From NCBI GenBank assembly GCA_964498835.1, contig CAZCIX010000004.1:1541-65540 (forward strand): a stretch of 64,000 nt of DNA, in the 5' to 3' direction. Origin of the DNA: an uncultured Burkholderiaceae bacterium (GTDB lineage: Bacteria > Pseudomonadota > Gammaproteobacteria > Burkholderiales > Burkholderiaceae_D). Below are positions 1 to 11,858 of the stretch, piece by piece (the stretch's first letter is position 1; each line of letters opens with the position of its first letter). Made by a program: the position numbers and the translations under genes. The notes below the pieces were generated by a model. It saw only the letters and a list, made by a program, of their open reading frames with translations, was not told the origin of the DNA and searched no databases.

Positions 1-664
1 CATAGGTTTTCCCAACCTTATCGGCTGACAACCGTTCACTAAGCATACCTATACTCCAATAGCGAAACCATTTAACCAGCAATTTGTAGCTGGAAGCGGG
101 ATCCAGACAATCTTTGTAACCAATTGTGCGCGAGGTTCCCTTTTGTTCTTCGTCTCTGAGTTTCTTCTGTTGCCATAAGCGATTGGTACCGTAATACGCT
201 AAGAGTGATAGAACAACATCCGTTCCCTTCGTGCGCACGGCTTCTTGTTGGCGCTTGCCATAATCGATCAGCGCTTTGGCATGCTTAATAGTCGTCTTGG
301 CTTTAATAGGATTAGAGAGATGACGCTTCCAATGGGATAGCTCACCAAGTGCATCCAACTTACTGCCTGGAATCCATCCCGTCGCTTCCAAATGCACGCC
401 ATTAACGGCATATTCCATATCGTTTGTGCGCGTTTCCCTGACACGCGACTGACGAATATCAGTAGACTGAAAATGCTTACCAACTCCCTCATCAAACGCA
501 CCAATATAAGGGCCAAAAGCAACAGCAATCGCATCCAGAATAGAGGTCTTACCAGCACCGTTTGATGCCACAAGAACGGTTAACTGCTCATGGAAATCAA
601 TCTCAATCGATTCAAAGCAACGGTAATCTGTCAATATCAGTTTTTTAATATTCAAATTCGACAT
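1..664 (-). CDS. AAA/ABC-type ATPase with an SMC/RecF-like N-terminal head (COG3950-like). Only the 5' part is present; the C-terminus lies beyond the window start
   Basis: Absent from the ORF track because it runs off the edge. Hand translation of the minus strand from ATG at ~664 gives MSNLNIKKLILTDYRCFESIEIDFHEQLTVLVASNGAGKTSILDAIAVAF..., with a Walker A (SNGAGKTS) about 35 aa in. The frame stays open to position 1. Confidence 0.7.
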   Translation of the reverse strand, partial: MSNLNIKKLILTDYRCFESIEIDFHEQLTVLVASNGAGKTSILDAIAVAFGPYIGAFDEGVGKHFQSTDIRQSRVRETRTNDMEYAVNGVHLEATGWIPGSKLDALGELSHWKRHLSNPIKAKTTIKHAKALIDYGKRQQEAVRTKGTDVVLSLLAYYGTNRLWQQKKLRDEEQKGTSRTIGYKDCLDPASSYKLLVKWFRYWSIGMLSERLSADKVGKTY

Positions 665-781
665 GGAGCCTTCTCTCTGCTCGTTTCAAAATTTTGTGTA
701 AATCAAATTAATGCCGAATTGGCAAAAGCGGCAATGATACCGCGCCCATAAAACGCGTGAATACTATTTCCACAAGCAAAC

Positions 782-1189
782 TCAAAACCACCCACTCCGC
801 CCCTTCAAATCCACCAAGGTCTCATCCAAACAAAACCGAATCAACGCCACCATTTCATCAGCCAGCAAAGGCACACCGTGTCGCAAAGCACTCAATATCA
901 AAGGTAAGGTAGTGGTATCACGCACCGCATCCAACGGTAAACGTGGATCACGCACAGTCTGATCAAAATAGTGGGGGTGCACATTGGAAGATGATCCGGT
1001 TAGCAAAATACCGTCGGCCAAGGCAAACAAAGCGTCGCTATCAACTTGGTCACCGACAGCTGGCAATATCAGCGGCATGCAACCAGCACCTGATAACACG
1101 GCTGCTATGTATTTGTGATGCGCAGTATGGGAAAAATGCGTCCCAATATCCTTGCTGCAAGCGGAGATGATGACAATGGGACGACTCAT
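782..1189 (-). pseudogene. Truncated class-I glutamine amidotransferase (PuuD / peptidase C26-like gamma-glutamyl-GABA hydrolase family)
   Basis: 135-aa ORF. The first ~105 aa resemble PuuD-family proteins up to ...RHGVPLL. The nucleophile elbow (G-I-C-R-G) that should follow is missing, and the ORF stops 30 aa later. A possible out-of-frame C-terminal relic (EFACGNSIHAFYGRGI) lies at ~700-780. Confidence 0.6.
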
Positions 1190-1361
1190 GATGTGGTCTT
1201 TGTAAAAATTGTGCGTGAAAGCTACAAGATTTAAGACCGATTTTATACCTAATAACGAATTACTTTAATGCATTAATTTGAATAAAAAACTTGCCAATAA
1301 CATCCATAATTGCGCTTTTAGAATCGAGGCTATCAATACACAAAAAATGATAATTTTACAA

Positions 1362-1928
1362 CTACGATAGTATTTCTTCTTTTTTCAACCACGCCGCCAA
1401 TTGCTCTGGACGCAGGTTGTCGTATATTTCGAATGGCTGATGTATCCACAGATTGTTATCCAGATAATCCACATAAAAATCCGGACGAATGGGAGAACAC
1501 GCTTTGTACCAAATCACGGCGGATTTGAGTTCAGTGACGGTGGGGAAATTTTTAGATACGTGACTGAGGACTTGCTCCATCGTCACGCCGGAATCGACTA
1601 AATCATCCAACACCAGCACTTTGCCACCCAATGTGCCTTGGCTGATGGTGATGCTATCGCCGATTTCCAACTCACCACGCTGCGTGCCGGATTGTTCGCG
1701 ATACGAACTGCTGGCGAGGATCGCCAAAGGAAGGTTGAAGATGCGAGAAAAAACATCACCTAGTCGCAAACCACCACGCGCCAGGCACAAGATTTGATCA
1801 AATTGCCAACCGGACTCATAAACTTGCAATGCCAGTTGCTCAATTGCGCGGTGGTAGGCATCCCAAGTTACCCATAAATCATCCTTACTGGATTTGCTAG
1901 ATTCACTAAATTCATTGGAAACAAGCAT
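1362..1928 (-). CDS. Phosphoribosyltransferase family protein (purine PRT-like)
   Basis: 188-aa ORF with the PRPP-binding loop VLVLDDLVDSGVT. It lies directly downstream of purA. Confidence 0.75.
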   Translation of the reverse strand: MLVSNEFSESSKSSKDDLWVTWDAYHRAIEQLALQVYESGWQFDQILCLARGGLRLGDVFSRIFNLPLAILASSSYREQSGTQRGELEIGDSITISQGTLGGKVLVLDDLVDSGVTMEQVLSHVSKNFPTVTELKSAVIWYKACSPIRPDFYVDYLDNNLWIHQPFEIYDNLRPEQLAAWLKKEEILS

Positions 1929-1972
1929 TCACCACCCGCTTTGTATATTTTTTTATTGATTGAGCTATTTCA

Positions 1973-3289
<1,317 letters not shown>

Positions 3290-3369
3290 TTAACCTAACT
3301 TAGCTTAATTTTTAATGTAAATTTTTTATTTGTTTTTAACTTGTTTTTTACTTTTCAACTTCGAATTTA

Positions 3370-4530
3370 TCAAAGCAAGGGTTCAATAACCCAATCCTGA
3401 TTATTAGGCACCAGTACACGATCGCAATCAAACTCATCCTGATCATTTTCATGGCCAGGCAAGCTTTGTATGACAACCTCACCAGCCTGCCGCAACTGAG
3501 CAATCTTGCTACGTAATGCTTCTTCTTTCCCCCATGGTGCTCGAATGGCGCGCTTGCGCTCTGCACCGGGCAAAAGACGGGCTAATTCACGCAGATCCAT
3601 AGAAAACCCAGTCGCAGGACGCGCGCGGCCAAATGCTTCGCCAACATGATCGTAACGCCCCCCTCGCAAAACCGCATTCGGCAAACCCTGCACATACAAG
3701 GCAAACATGGCACCACTTTCGTACTGATAACCACGCAAATCAGCCAAATCAATCGCAACCTGGGTATTGCCCGCTGACATTGCCAAATCAGCTAAACACG
3801 CCAATTCATCCAAGGCAGTCGTAATACCTGGCAAGGTCGGCAAAATAGAGCGTGCACGATCGAGCACTGTTTCATCGCCATACAAAGTAGGCAACGCCAA
3901 CAACGCTGCACGTGTTTGCTCAGCGTAATCAGCTGTCATAACCTGCAAAGCCGGCACATCTTTAGCGCCCAATAAAACCGTCAATTCAGCCAGATTTTTT
4001 TGCGCCTTGACATCCGTAGCAACAATCGCGCGCAATACTCCGACATGGGATAAATCCAAACGCATTTCCGAAAAACCCGCCAGTTTCAAAGAAGCGCAGG
4101 CTAATTCCTGTATTTCAGCATCAGCTTCCAAGCCAGCATGACCGTAAATTTCCACGCCAATCTGCAACGGTTCACGCGTTGCATGTAAGCCAGAAGGACG
4201 TGTGTGTAACACACTACCAGCGTAACAAAGCCTCGTCACAGAATGACGATTCAACAAATGCGCATCAATCCGTGCCACTTGCGTGGTCATATCGGCACGC
4301 AAACCCAAAGTATGGCCAGATAATTGATCGATTAATTTGAACGTGCGTAAATCAGTATCCTTCCCTGCTCCAGCCAATAAGGAGTCTAGGTATTCCAACA
4401 TAGGTGGCATGACTAATTCATAGCCATATAGACGAAAATGATCCAAGATAGTGCGACGCAAATCTTCTATCTTGCGCGCTTCAGACGGCAAAATATCGGC
4501 AATGCTTTCGGGAAGTAGCCAATTTGGCAT
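3370..4530 (-). CDS. hisZ: ATP phosphoribosyltransferase regulatory subunit
   Basis: 386-aa HisRS-like paralogue without an anticodon-binding domain. It sits between hflC and purA, as is usual in beta-proteobacteria. Confidence 0.9.
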   Translation of the reverse strand: MPNWLLPESIADILPSEARKIEDLRRTILDHFRLYGYELVMPPMLEYLDSLLAGAGKDTDLRTFKLIDQLSGHTLGLRADMTTQVARIDAHLLNRHSVTRLCYAGSVLHTRPSGLHATREPLQIGVEIYGHAGLEADAEIQELACASLKLAGFSEMRLDLSHVGVLRAIVATDVKAQKNLAELTVLLGAKDVPALQVMTADYAEQTRAALLALPTLYGDETVLDRARSILPTLPGITTALDELACLADLAMSAGNTQVAIDLADLRGYQYESGAMFALYVQGLPNAVLRGGRYDHVGEAFGRARPATGFSMDLRELARLLPGAERKRAIRAPWGKEEALRSKIAQLRQAGEVVIQSLPGHENDQDEFDCDRVLVPNNQDWVIEPLL

Positions 4531-4620
4531 GAAATTAGACAGTAAGAAAATGAATAATAAAAACTAATGATGATGAAACGCATCTAATCTAACAATGAAA
4601 GATGCAAAATCATCATCACA

Positions 4621-5538
4621 CTATTTTTTGGCACCAGCAGAAGTTTTGGAAGAAGAAGGTGCAGATGCACTAGCACCGGAATTTTTAAAATACTTGAAAA
4701 ATTCGCTGCTAGGATCTAACACCATCACATCGTTATTGGTTTTAAAGCTAGCCCGATAGGCCTCCAAGCTACGATAAAACTTATAAAACTCAGGGTTTTT
4801 AGAAAAAGCATCGGCATAAATCTTCGCTGCTTTTGCATCGCCTTCACCACGGATAGTTTGAGCCTCACGATACGCCTCGGCCAAAATCACTGTGCGCTGT
4901 TTGTCAGCATCAGCCCGAATTTTTTCAGATTCTGCAGAACCAGTCGAGCGCAACTCATTCGCCACTCGTGTACGCTCTGCTTTCATTCTGTCGTAGACGG
5001 AATTATTAATTTGTTCGACATAATCAACACGCTTTAAACGCACATCAATAATGCTGACGCCCATCTGTCTTGCCTCTTCTGCTACTTTTTTACGAATGGC
5101 ATCCATGACTTTACCGCGTTCACCAGAAATCACTTCGCGCACCGTACGTTTGGTAATTTCATCATTCAGAGCAGCTTTGATAATTTGCAACATACGATCA
5201 CGCGCACGACGCTCATCACCACTAAAATTCACAAAATACACTTTGGGGTCAGCAATACGCCATTTGACAAATGCATCAACCAAAACATTCTTTTTTTCGG
5301 CAGTAATAAAACGATCTGAATCAGGCGTATCGAGCGTCAAAATACGTTTATCCAAATACAACACATTTTGAAAAGGACGCGGTAATTTGAAGTGCAAGCC
5401 TGGTGTGCTAATCACTTCTTTGACGCTACCAAAAGCAAACAAAATAGCGTATTGACGTTGATCCACAACAAATAATGTTGAAGACAAAAACATTAAACCC
5501 ATCAATCCGGTTAGAAGAATAGAAAATAGTCGGTTCAT
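4621..5538 (-). CDS. hflC: FtsH protease modulator HflC
   Basis: 305 aa with an N-terminal TM helix and an SPFH/band-7 domain. The start overlaps the hflK stop (TAATG). Confidence 0.93.
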   Translation of the reverse strand: MNRLFSILLTGLMGLMFLSSTLFVVDQRQYAILFAFGSVKEVISTPGLHFKLPRPFQNVLYLDKRILTLDTPDSDRFITAEKKNVLVDAFVKWRIADPKVYFVNFSGDERRARDRMLQIIKAALNDEITKRTVREVISGERGKVMDAIRKKVAEEARQMGVSIIDVRLKRVDYVEQINNSVYDRMKAERTRVANELRSTGSAESEKIRADADKQRTVILAEAYREAQTIRGEGDAKAAKIYADAFSKNPEFYKFYRSLEAYRASFKTNNDVMVLDPSSEFFKYFKNSGASASAPSSSKTSAGAKK

Positions 5539-6896
5539 TATCGCGCCTCCCGATCACGTGAATCACGGCTACGAATATCTTTGGACCGTGGCACATCCAC
5601 TGCTTGCAAAGCATCCTGTAAAGAATTAGCAGCAGCTGTATTTGGCTGCATCAATATATTCGATTTCATATTGGGATTACCAACTCCATTTGCACCATCA
5701 TTTACTGTTGATGGTGCAGATTGGACTGATGATGTTGATGCCGCTGATTGCGATATCAATTTATCAAGGGGCAAATAAATCATATTGCTACCATTTTTAG
5801 CATCAACCATGACTTTGGTTGTACTAGTAAAAATTTGCTGCATCGTTTCCAAATACATACGATCACGCATCACAGCAGGGGCTTTTTGATACTCGGTCAA
5901 TACTTGTTTAAAGCGTGCCGCATCACCCTGTGCATTGGCGATTACACTGGCACGATAGCCCTCTGATTCCTGCATCAAACGAGACGCAGCACCGCGTGCT
6001 TTAGGAATCACATCATTGGCATAAGCCTGACCTTCATTTTTCTGACGCTCTTTATCCTGCCCAGCTTTCACTGCATCATCAAAAGCAACTTGCACTTGCT
6101 CAGGTGGTTGCACCCCCTGCATCGTAACGTTGACAATTTGCACGCCAGATTTGTAGCGATTCAAAATTTGTTGCATGAGTTGCGCAACATCAAGAGCGAC
6201 CTTTTCCCGTCCTTCATACAGCACAAAATCCATTTTGCTTTTACCTACAATTTCTCGAATCGAGGTTTCCGCAACTTGTCGAATTGTCTCGTCTTGATCA
6301 CGATTATTGAAAATCCATTCCGATGCGCTGCTTAATTTATATTGCACCGCAAATTGAATATCAATGATGTTTTCATCATCGGTCAACATCAATGACTCTT
6401 TGGCTTGCTTGTTTTTGACAGAGGAGCGATAACCAATTTCTGCGGTACGTACCTGAGAAAAATTCACGACCTCATGATCTTGAATCGGATACGGCCAACG
6501 CCAATTGAAGCCAGCAGGTGCATCGTAACTATATTTACCAAAAGTCATAACAACGCCGGTTTGACCTTCCTGAATGATGAAGAAACCACTTGCCAACCAT
6601 AAAAAAAGCACAACAACGGCAATCGCACCAACGCCTAATCCAGCTTCTTTCATACCAGAATTTTGATTGCCGTTAGTACCAGAATTGTTATTATTAGAAC
6701 CATTCTTGCCGCCAAGAAAACGTCCCCAACGCTGATTAAAATCACGCCAGAGTTGATCTAAATCTGGGGGAGCATCATTGGGCTTTTTGCCATTTCCCGT
6801 TTGTTGTTGATTCTTCTCGTCCTGAGAACTGCGCCCCCAACCAGGGTCGCCTAGCGACAACATCACACCAATTTTCTTCAATAATGGAACAAACAT
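5538..6896 (-). CDS. hflK: FtsH protease modulator HflK
   Basis: 452 aa with a PPDLDQLWRDF motif, a G/N-rich linker, a TM helix and an SPFH domain. The start could instead be Met12 (6863). Confidence 0.93.
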   Translation of the reverse strand: MFVPLLKKIGVMLSLGDPGWGRSSQDEKNQQQTGNGKKPNDAPPDLDQLWRDFNQRWGRFLGGKNGSNNNNSGTNGNQNSGMKEAGLGVGAIAVVVLFLWLASGFFIIQEGQTGVVMTFGKYSYDAPAGFNWRWPYPIQDHEVVNFSQVRTAEIGYRSSVKNKQAKESLMLTDDENIIDIQFAVQYKLSSASEWIFNNRDQDETIRQVAETSIREIVGKSKMDFVLYEGREKVALDVAQLMQQILNRYKSGVQIVNVTMQGVQPPEQVQVAFDDAVKAGQDKERQKNEGQAYANDVIPKARGAASRLMQESEGYRASVIANAQGDAARFKQVLTEYQKAPAVMRDRMYLETMQQIFTSTTKVMVDAKNGSNMIYLPLDKLISQSAASTSSVQSAPSTVNDGANGVGNPNMKSNILMQPNTAAANSLQDALQAVDVPRSKDIRSRDSRDREAR

Positions 6897-6959
6897 TCTT
6901 TGTGATCCGATTAGGCAATGATAATAATGACAAAACTAACAAAGACCTCAACAACGAGC

Positions 6960-8060
6960 TCAGCAAGAAAGAGAGGGAGTGTCAGCGGTATGATTAATTT
7001 GGGCGAATTCAACAATAGCCTGGCGCAATAAATCCAAACCAGCACCAGTTTTTGCACTCAAAAAAACGCGGTGGATTTTACCACACTCATCTCGCTCCAA
7101 AGAAGGAGCGAGATCGGCCGCATCGATTTTATTCCACACCAATATTTGAGGGATATGATCGGCACCAATTTCTTTTAATACCAGATTAACTTGCTCGATT
7201 TGCTCCATGCGCACTGGACTATTTCCATCTACTACGTGCAACAACAAATCGGCGTGATTGGTTTCTTCCAGCGTGGTACGAAAAGCAGCGACCAATTGAT
7301 GTGGCAGTTCGCGCACAAAACCAACTGTATCGGATATCACGACGCTGCCCACTTGATCACCCAAATAAATCCGGCGTGAAGTGGTATCCAGCGTGGCAAA
7401 AAGTTGATCCGCTACATAGGCTCCCGTTTTGGCAAGCGCATTAAAGAGACTGGATTTACCAGCGTTGGTATAGCCAACCAACGAAATAGAAAAAGTGTGA
7501 TTACGCGCTCTTGCTCGACGTTGGGTTTCGCGTTGACGGTGTAGCTTATCCAATTGAGCACGTAGGGCTTTGACTCTGACACCAAGTAAACGACGATCGG
7601 TTTCAAGCTGGGTTTCGCCTGGACCACGCAAACCTATCCCACCTTTTTGACGCTCTAAATGGGTCCAGCCACGAATTAAACGCGTAGCAAGATGTTGCAA
7701 CTGCGCCAACTCCACTTGCACTTTACCCTCGTGACTCTTGGCACGTTGGGCAAATATATCGAGAATCAAGCTGGTTCTATCAATGACGCGGGTAGCAAAA
7801 CGACGTTCAAGATTTCGCTGTTGCGCTGGCGACAAGGCGTGATTAAAAATCACAAGATCCAGCTTGCTTTCCTGCACGACGGAAATAATTTCATCGGCCT
7901 TACCTGTCCCAACAAAATACGCCGGATCAGGACTAGAACGCTTGCAACTAAACACGATGACTGGTTCTGCGCCTGCCGATTTGCAAAGTAACGATAATTC
8001 TTCCAAGCTAGCAAGAAAATCCTCTTTGCCAAAATCGACACCAACCAACGCTGCACGCAT
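6960..8060 (-). CDS. hflX: GTPase HflX
   Basis: 366 aa with G motifs GYTNAGKSSLFN, DTVGF and NKID. It sits in the hfq-hflX-hflK-hflC order. Confidence 0.93.
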   Translation of the reverse strand: MRAALVGVDFGKEDFLASLEELSLLCKSAGAEPVIVFSCKRSSPDPAYFVGTGKADEIISVVQESKLDLVIFNHALSPAQQRNLERRFATRVIDRTSLILDIFAQRAKSHEGKVQVELAQLQHLATRLIRGWTHLERQKGGIGLRGPGETQLETDRRLLGVRVKALRAQLDKLHRQRETQRRARARNHTFSISLVGYTNAGKSSLFNALAKTGAYVADQLFATLDTTSRRIYLGDQVGSVVISDTVGFVRELPHQLVAAFRTTLEETNHADLLLHVVDGNSPVRMEQIEQVNLVLKEIGADHIPQILVWNKIDAADLAPSLERDECGKIHRVFLSAKTGAGLDLLRQAIVEFAQINHTADTPSLSC

Positions 8061-8107
8061 ATGCTTCTGAATTTAAATTTTACAATCTTGCACTTAATTT
8101 AATGCAC

Positions 8108-8353
8108 TTACTCTTGCTCTGCTTCGGTACCGAGATTTAACGTCACAGCACGTCCGGGAACAACGGTGGAAATCGCATGTTTATAAACCATTTGCGTCAC
8201 GGTATTACGCAAAAGAATGACGTATTGATCGAACGATTCAATATGACCTTGGAGTTTGATTCCATTAACGAGATAAATTGAGACAGAGATATGCTCTTTG
8301 CGCAAAGTATTGAGGAAAGGATCTTGCAACAATTGCCCTTTATTATTATTCAT
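8108..8353 (-). CDS. hfq: RNA chaperone Hfq
   Basis: 81 aa with the Sm-fold sequence [39 protein letters not shown]. Confidence 0.97.
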   Translation of the reverse strand: MNNNKGQLLQDPFLNTLRKEHISVSIYLVNGIKLQGHIESFDQYVILLRNTVTQMVYKHAISTVVPGRAVTLNLGTEAEQE

Positions 8354-8525
8354 AGCAGTTCCGTTATGTTGTTATAGTGATATGTTGAATTGTTATTATT
8401 TTTGCATTTCGCATTACATTTAAAATGAGAACGTTGCTTTTAATCTACAAGCAATTTATAGGCAATGTGAAAATTTTCAAACCTTGAAAGTGTATCTTTT
8501 TGTAATATTGTCAGTAAATTCTCTG

Positions 8526-9899
8526 TCAACCTTGTTTTTGCCCCTTGGCAAAAGGGTTCTTCCCTGTCCGCAACTCAATTCGCAAAGGCGTCCCCAATAG
8601 AGAAAAGGTGTCGCGGAAATGTTTTTCAAGATAACGCTTATACGTTTCCCCAATTGCATCTAATGCATTTCCATGAATCACAATGATAGGCGGATTCTGG
8701 CCTCCCTGATGTGCATAACGCAATTTTGGTCGAATTGAGCCCTTACGACGCGGCTCTTGGCGTTCCACCGCTTCAATCAAAGCACGCGTTAATTTTGGCG
8801 TAGATAAATCAATCATTGCTGCCGCATAAGCCGCATCGACTGACTTCATTAAGGGCGTAATCCCCGATGCATTTAAAGCTGAAATAAAATGAAACTTAGC
8901 AAATGAGAGGAAATTCAACTTACGCTCTAAATCCATTTTGATTTCATCGCGTCGGTCTGACTGCAAACCATCCCACTTATTCACTCCCACAACCAGCGCC
9001 CTACCCGTTTCAAGAATAAATCCTGCAATATGGGCATCTTGCTCAGAAATATCCTGCTGCGCATCTAACAATAAGATGACAACATTAGCCTCAGAAATAG
9101 ATTGCAAAGTCTTCACTACTGAAAACTTTTCAATAGCCTCAAATACCTTACCGCGACGACGAATACCAGCCGTATCGATCAAGGTATATTGTCTACCGCC
9201 ACGTTCAAACTCAATTTCAATCGAATCGCGTGTCGTACCAGGCATATCAAATGCGATGACTCGCTCCTCACCTAACAAGGTGTTGACCAAGGTTGATTTA
9301 CCGACGTTAGGACGACCAACAATGGCGATTTTGACCTTACGTGCATCTTGTTCTAACACTTCTTCAGCATCGTCACCCTTCAGCTCGTTCATATCAGCAT
9401 GGCGTGCAAAAGCTAAATCCAATGCTTCATCCAACATATCATGCACGCCATCACCATGCGCGGATGAAATAGCAAGCGGATCCCCCCAACCGAGCTCATA
9501 AAAATCCGCTGCTACTGCGGTGTATTTCATACCTTCTGATTTATTGACGACTAAGACAACGGGGCGACCGGCTTTGCGTAAAAATTCGGTGATAGTTTTA
9601 TCATGCGGCGTCAAACCTTGACGACCATCCACAATAAATACGATGACATCCGCTTCTGCCACAGCTTGCTTGGTTTGCCGCGCCATTTGATGCACGATGC
9701 CCTCTTTGGCAACGGGTTCGAATCCACCAGTATCAACGACTAAAAACGGGCGCTCGCCCATTCGACCTTCACCATAATGACGATCACGCGTCAACCCTGG
9801 CAAATCTGCCACTAATGCATCACGCGAACGCGTCAGACGGTTGAACAAAGTGGATTTACCGACGTTAGGTCGGCCTACAAGTGCAATAACGGGTTTCAT
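8526..9899 (-). CDS. der: Ribosome-associated GTPase Der (EngA)
   Basis: 457 aa with two tandem GTPase domains, each containing [10 protein letters not shown], plus a KH-like C-terminus. Confidence 0.96.
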   Translation of the reverse strand: MKPVIALVGRPNVGKSTLFNRLTRSRDALVADLPGLTRDRHYGEGRMGERPFLVVDTGGFEPVAKEGIVHQMARQTKQAVAEADVIVFIVDGRQGLTPHDKTITEFLRKAGRPVVLVVNKSEGMKYTAVAADFYELGWGDPLAISSAHGDGVHDMLDEALDLAFARHADMNELKGDDAEEVLEQDARKVKIAIVGRPNVGKSTLVNTLLGEERVIAFDMPGTTRDSIEIEFERGGRQYTLIDTAGIRRRGKVFEAIEKFSVVKTLQSISEANVVILLLDAQQDISEQDAHIAGFILETGRALVVGVNKWDGLQSDRRDEIKMDLERKLNFLSFAKFHFISALNASGITPLMKSVDAAYAAAMIDLSTPKLTRALIEAVERQEPRRKGSIRPKLRYAHQGGQNPPIIVIHGNALDAIGETYKRYLEKHFRDTFSLLGTPLRIELRTGKNPFAKGQKQG

Positions 9900-9915
9900 T
9901 CAATACTTACGCAGA

Positions 9916-11091
9916 TTACTCGGACGCTAATGCGGCCACTGTCCCTGATTGGGTTTGGAAAATCAAATTCGCACCAGCAACCAATGGCGTACCAATCACT
10001 GGGCTACCATCAATAGCGATGCGACCTATAAAAGTACCATCTTCACGTGAAAGAAAATGGATCAATCCTTGGCCATCGCCAACAACAACAGCACGTCCAA
10101 ACGAAATCGGGACAGATAAACGACGATTTTCGAGCTTATCGTTAGACCAGCTGCTCAAACCCGTGTCACGGGCTAAAGCATGTACGGTGCCACGTTCGTC
10201 GGCAGCAAACACAAAACGTTCATCACCGCCTAAACCCACATCACTGGATAAATCTTTCGTCCAACGCACTACGCCATTGCTCACATCGAAGCAGGCTAAA
10301 CGTCCTTGATACGTAATGGCACAAACTGAGCGGCCTAATACAAGAGGCAGGCCAGAAACATCCGCAATACGCTCTAACTCCGTAGCACCACGTGGATTAC
10401 TGACAGCTGCTTCCCAACGCACGGCACCATTTGCTAGCGCCACAGCCAACAATTTTCCACCTGGCAATGCTGCAATCAGATTGGGACCAGCAATCACCAA
10501 TCCTGGTGCGCTGCGTAAGCTAAGCGATGGTGTGATACGTTGCACTGACCAACGGCGAGCGCCTGAAGAAGCATCAAAAGCAGTGATGCGATTATCCAAA
10601 CTACGCACAATCACCAATCCACTTCCTACAACAGGAGCAGATAAAACCTCGCTAGAGGCTTGTGCTTTCCAACGCAATTTTCCAGCATCATTAAAAGCCA
10701 AAACACTGCCTTTTTCACCAGCAACTGCGACGACATTACCATCACTACCCACACCAGCAGTCAACACCGTGCCCGCATTGATACGCCACAATGGCTGCCC
10801 ATTTTTAGCATTTAAACGTGCAACAGAACCATCTGCTGCAGCCACGAAAAGACTATCTTCCGCTAACGCTGGGGAAAAAGAATAATTACTTGCCTTACCT
10901 ATCGTAGTTGACCAGGCCGAACGCAATGCCAAGGTTTGCTTAAAATCACTTAAGGGGGCGGGCCTATTGCGTGCCGTAGTAGAACTTGCAAAAGGATTGA
11001 GTGAAGAACATCCTGTTACAGTCAAACCAGCCACACCAACCAAAAAAATCAAGCTGCTTAATAAGCTCAATCGCACTACAAAAACCCGCAT
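9916..11091 (-). CDS. bamB: Outer-membrane protein assembly factor BamB
   Basis: 391 aa with a lipoprotein signal (lipobox LTVTGC) and repeated beta-propeller (PQQ-like) blades. It lies between der and yfgM. Confidence 0.9.
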   Translation of the reverse strand: MRVFVVRLSLLSSLIFLVGVAGLTVTGCSSLNPFASSTTARNRPAPLSDFKQTLALRSAWSTTIGKASNYSFSPALAEDSLFVAAADGSVARLNAKNGQPLWRINAGTVLTAGVGSDGNVVAVAGEKGSVLAFNDAGKLRWKAQASSEVLSAPVVGSGLVIVRSLDNRITAFDASSGARRWSVQRITPSLSLRSAPGLVIAGPNLIAALPGGKLLAVALANGAVRWEAAVSNPRGATELERIADVSGLPLVLGRSVCAITYQGRLACFDVSNGVVRWTKDLSSDVGLGGDERFVFAADERGTVHALARDTGLSSWSNDKLENRRLSVPISFGRAVVVGDGQGLIHFLSREDGTFIGRIAIDGSPVIGTPLVAGANLIFQTQSGTVAALASE

Positions 11092-11132
11092 ATTTTTCCT
11101 TTATTAATTGCTTTATTGAACCTTATTTAGCT

Positions 11133-11807
11133 TTATTTAGCTTGCTCATTCTTTTCAGCAATTTTGACAACTTCTCCACCCAGCGCATCCAATTTCAATT
11201 GAATCAATTGGTGACCAGGATTTTTTTGATCTATTTTTTGCAGCGCTGCCTGATATGCCAAACGCGCCTCTGCTGTTTTATTTTGCGCAAATAAAATATC
11301 ACCACGACGATCTTCAACCGCACCGGAAAATTGAGCTGGGTAATTTTTCGCATCACCTAACAATTTCAGACCAGCATCATAGGCTTTCTCGTCTAGCAAA
11401 ATACCGGCCAAACGTATTTTTGCCACCGCTTTGTATTCGTCATCCAAACCAAAGTCAATCACCCATTGCAACTGTGTTTTAGCCAGCTTTAAATCATGCG
11501 CATCGAACGCTGCTTTTGCCGCAGTCAACGCACTCATTTGTGCATAAGTTGTTTTACCAAATTTGCTTTGCATGTCTGCTGCTGCACGTTGTACTTTGGC
11601 TTGATCCTTTAGCATCACAGCTCTTTGCAATTCTTCATATAACTGTGAGGCTTGAATAGATTGCGTACGTTGATAATAATTCCAACCCGTCCATCCGCTA
11701 TAAGCAGCCAAGACGACGATTAATAACCAGGTTAAAAGATTACCAAATCGATTCCACCACGCTTTGAGTGCATCTATTTGCTCTTGCTCTTCGAGATCGT
11801 ATGCCAT
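11133..11807 (-). CDS. YfgM-like TPR membrane protein (ancillary SecYEG partner family)
   Basis: 224 aa with an acidic N-terminus, one TM helix and a TPR-like periplasmic part. It holds the conserved position between hisS and bamB. Confidence 0.75.
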   Translation of the reverse strand: MAYDLEEQEQIDALKAWWNRFGNLLTWLLIVVLAAYSGWTGWNYYQRTQSIQASQLYEELQRAVMLKDQAKVQRAAADMQSKFGKTTYAQMSALTAAKAAFDAHDLKLAKTQLQWVIDFGLDDEYKAVAKIRLAGILLDEKAYDAGLKLLGDAKNYPAQFSGAVEDRRGDILFAQNKTAEARLAYQAALQKIDQKNPGHQLIQLKLDALGGEVVKIAEKNEQAK

Positions 11808-11858
11808 AGTTAATTGAGTTAAATTGAGGTTTTAGTTAAAAGTTAAATTAATTATTTA

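Noticed and set aside
268-573. A 101-aa minus-strand track ORF at the left edge.
   Set aside because: It is out of frame with, and fully inside, the longer edge-truncated ATPase ORF (1-664). That ORF has a Walker A motif and a proper ATG.
8280-8341. Apparent +1/-1 frame discrepancies when I hand-translated hfq (at 8280/8281 and 8340/8341), nlpD (21840/21841) and pcm/surE (23520/21).
   Set aside because: All of them coincide with line breaks of the printed sequence. The computed ORF track shows these conserved genes intact and of the right length. I treat them as my own character-indexing artefacts, not as real frameshifts. For the same reason, by-eye coordinates may be off by 1-2 nt.
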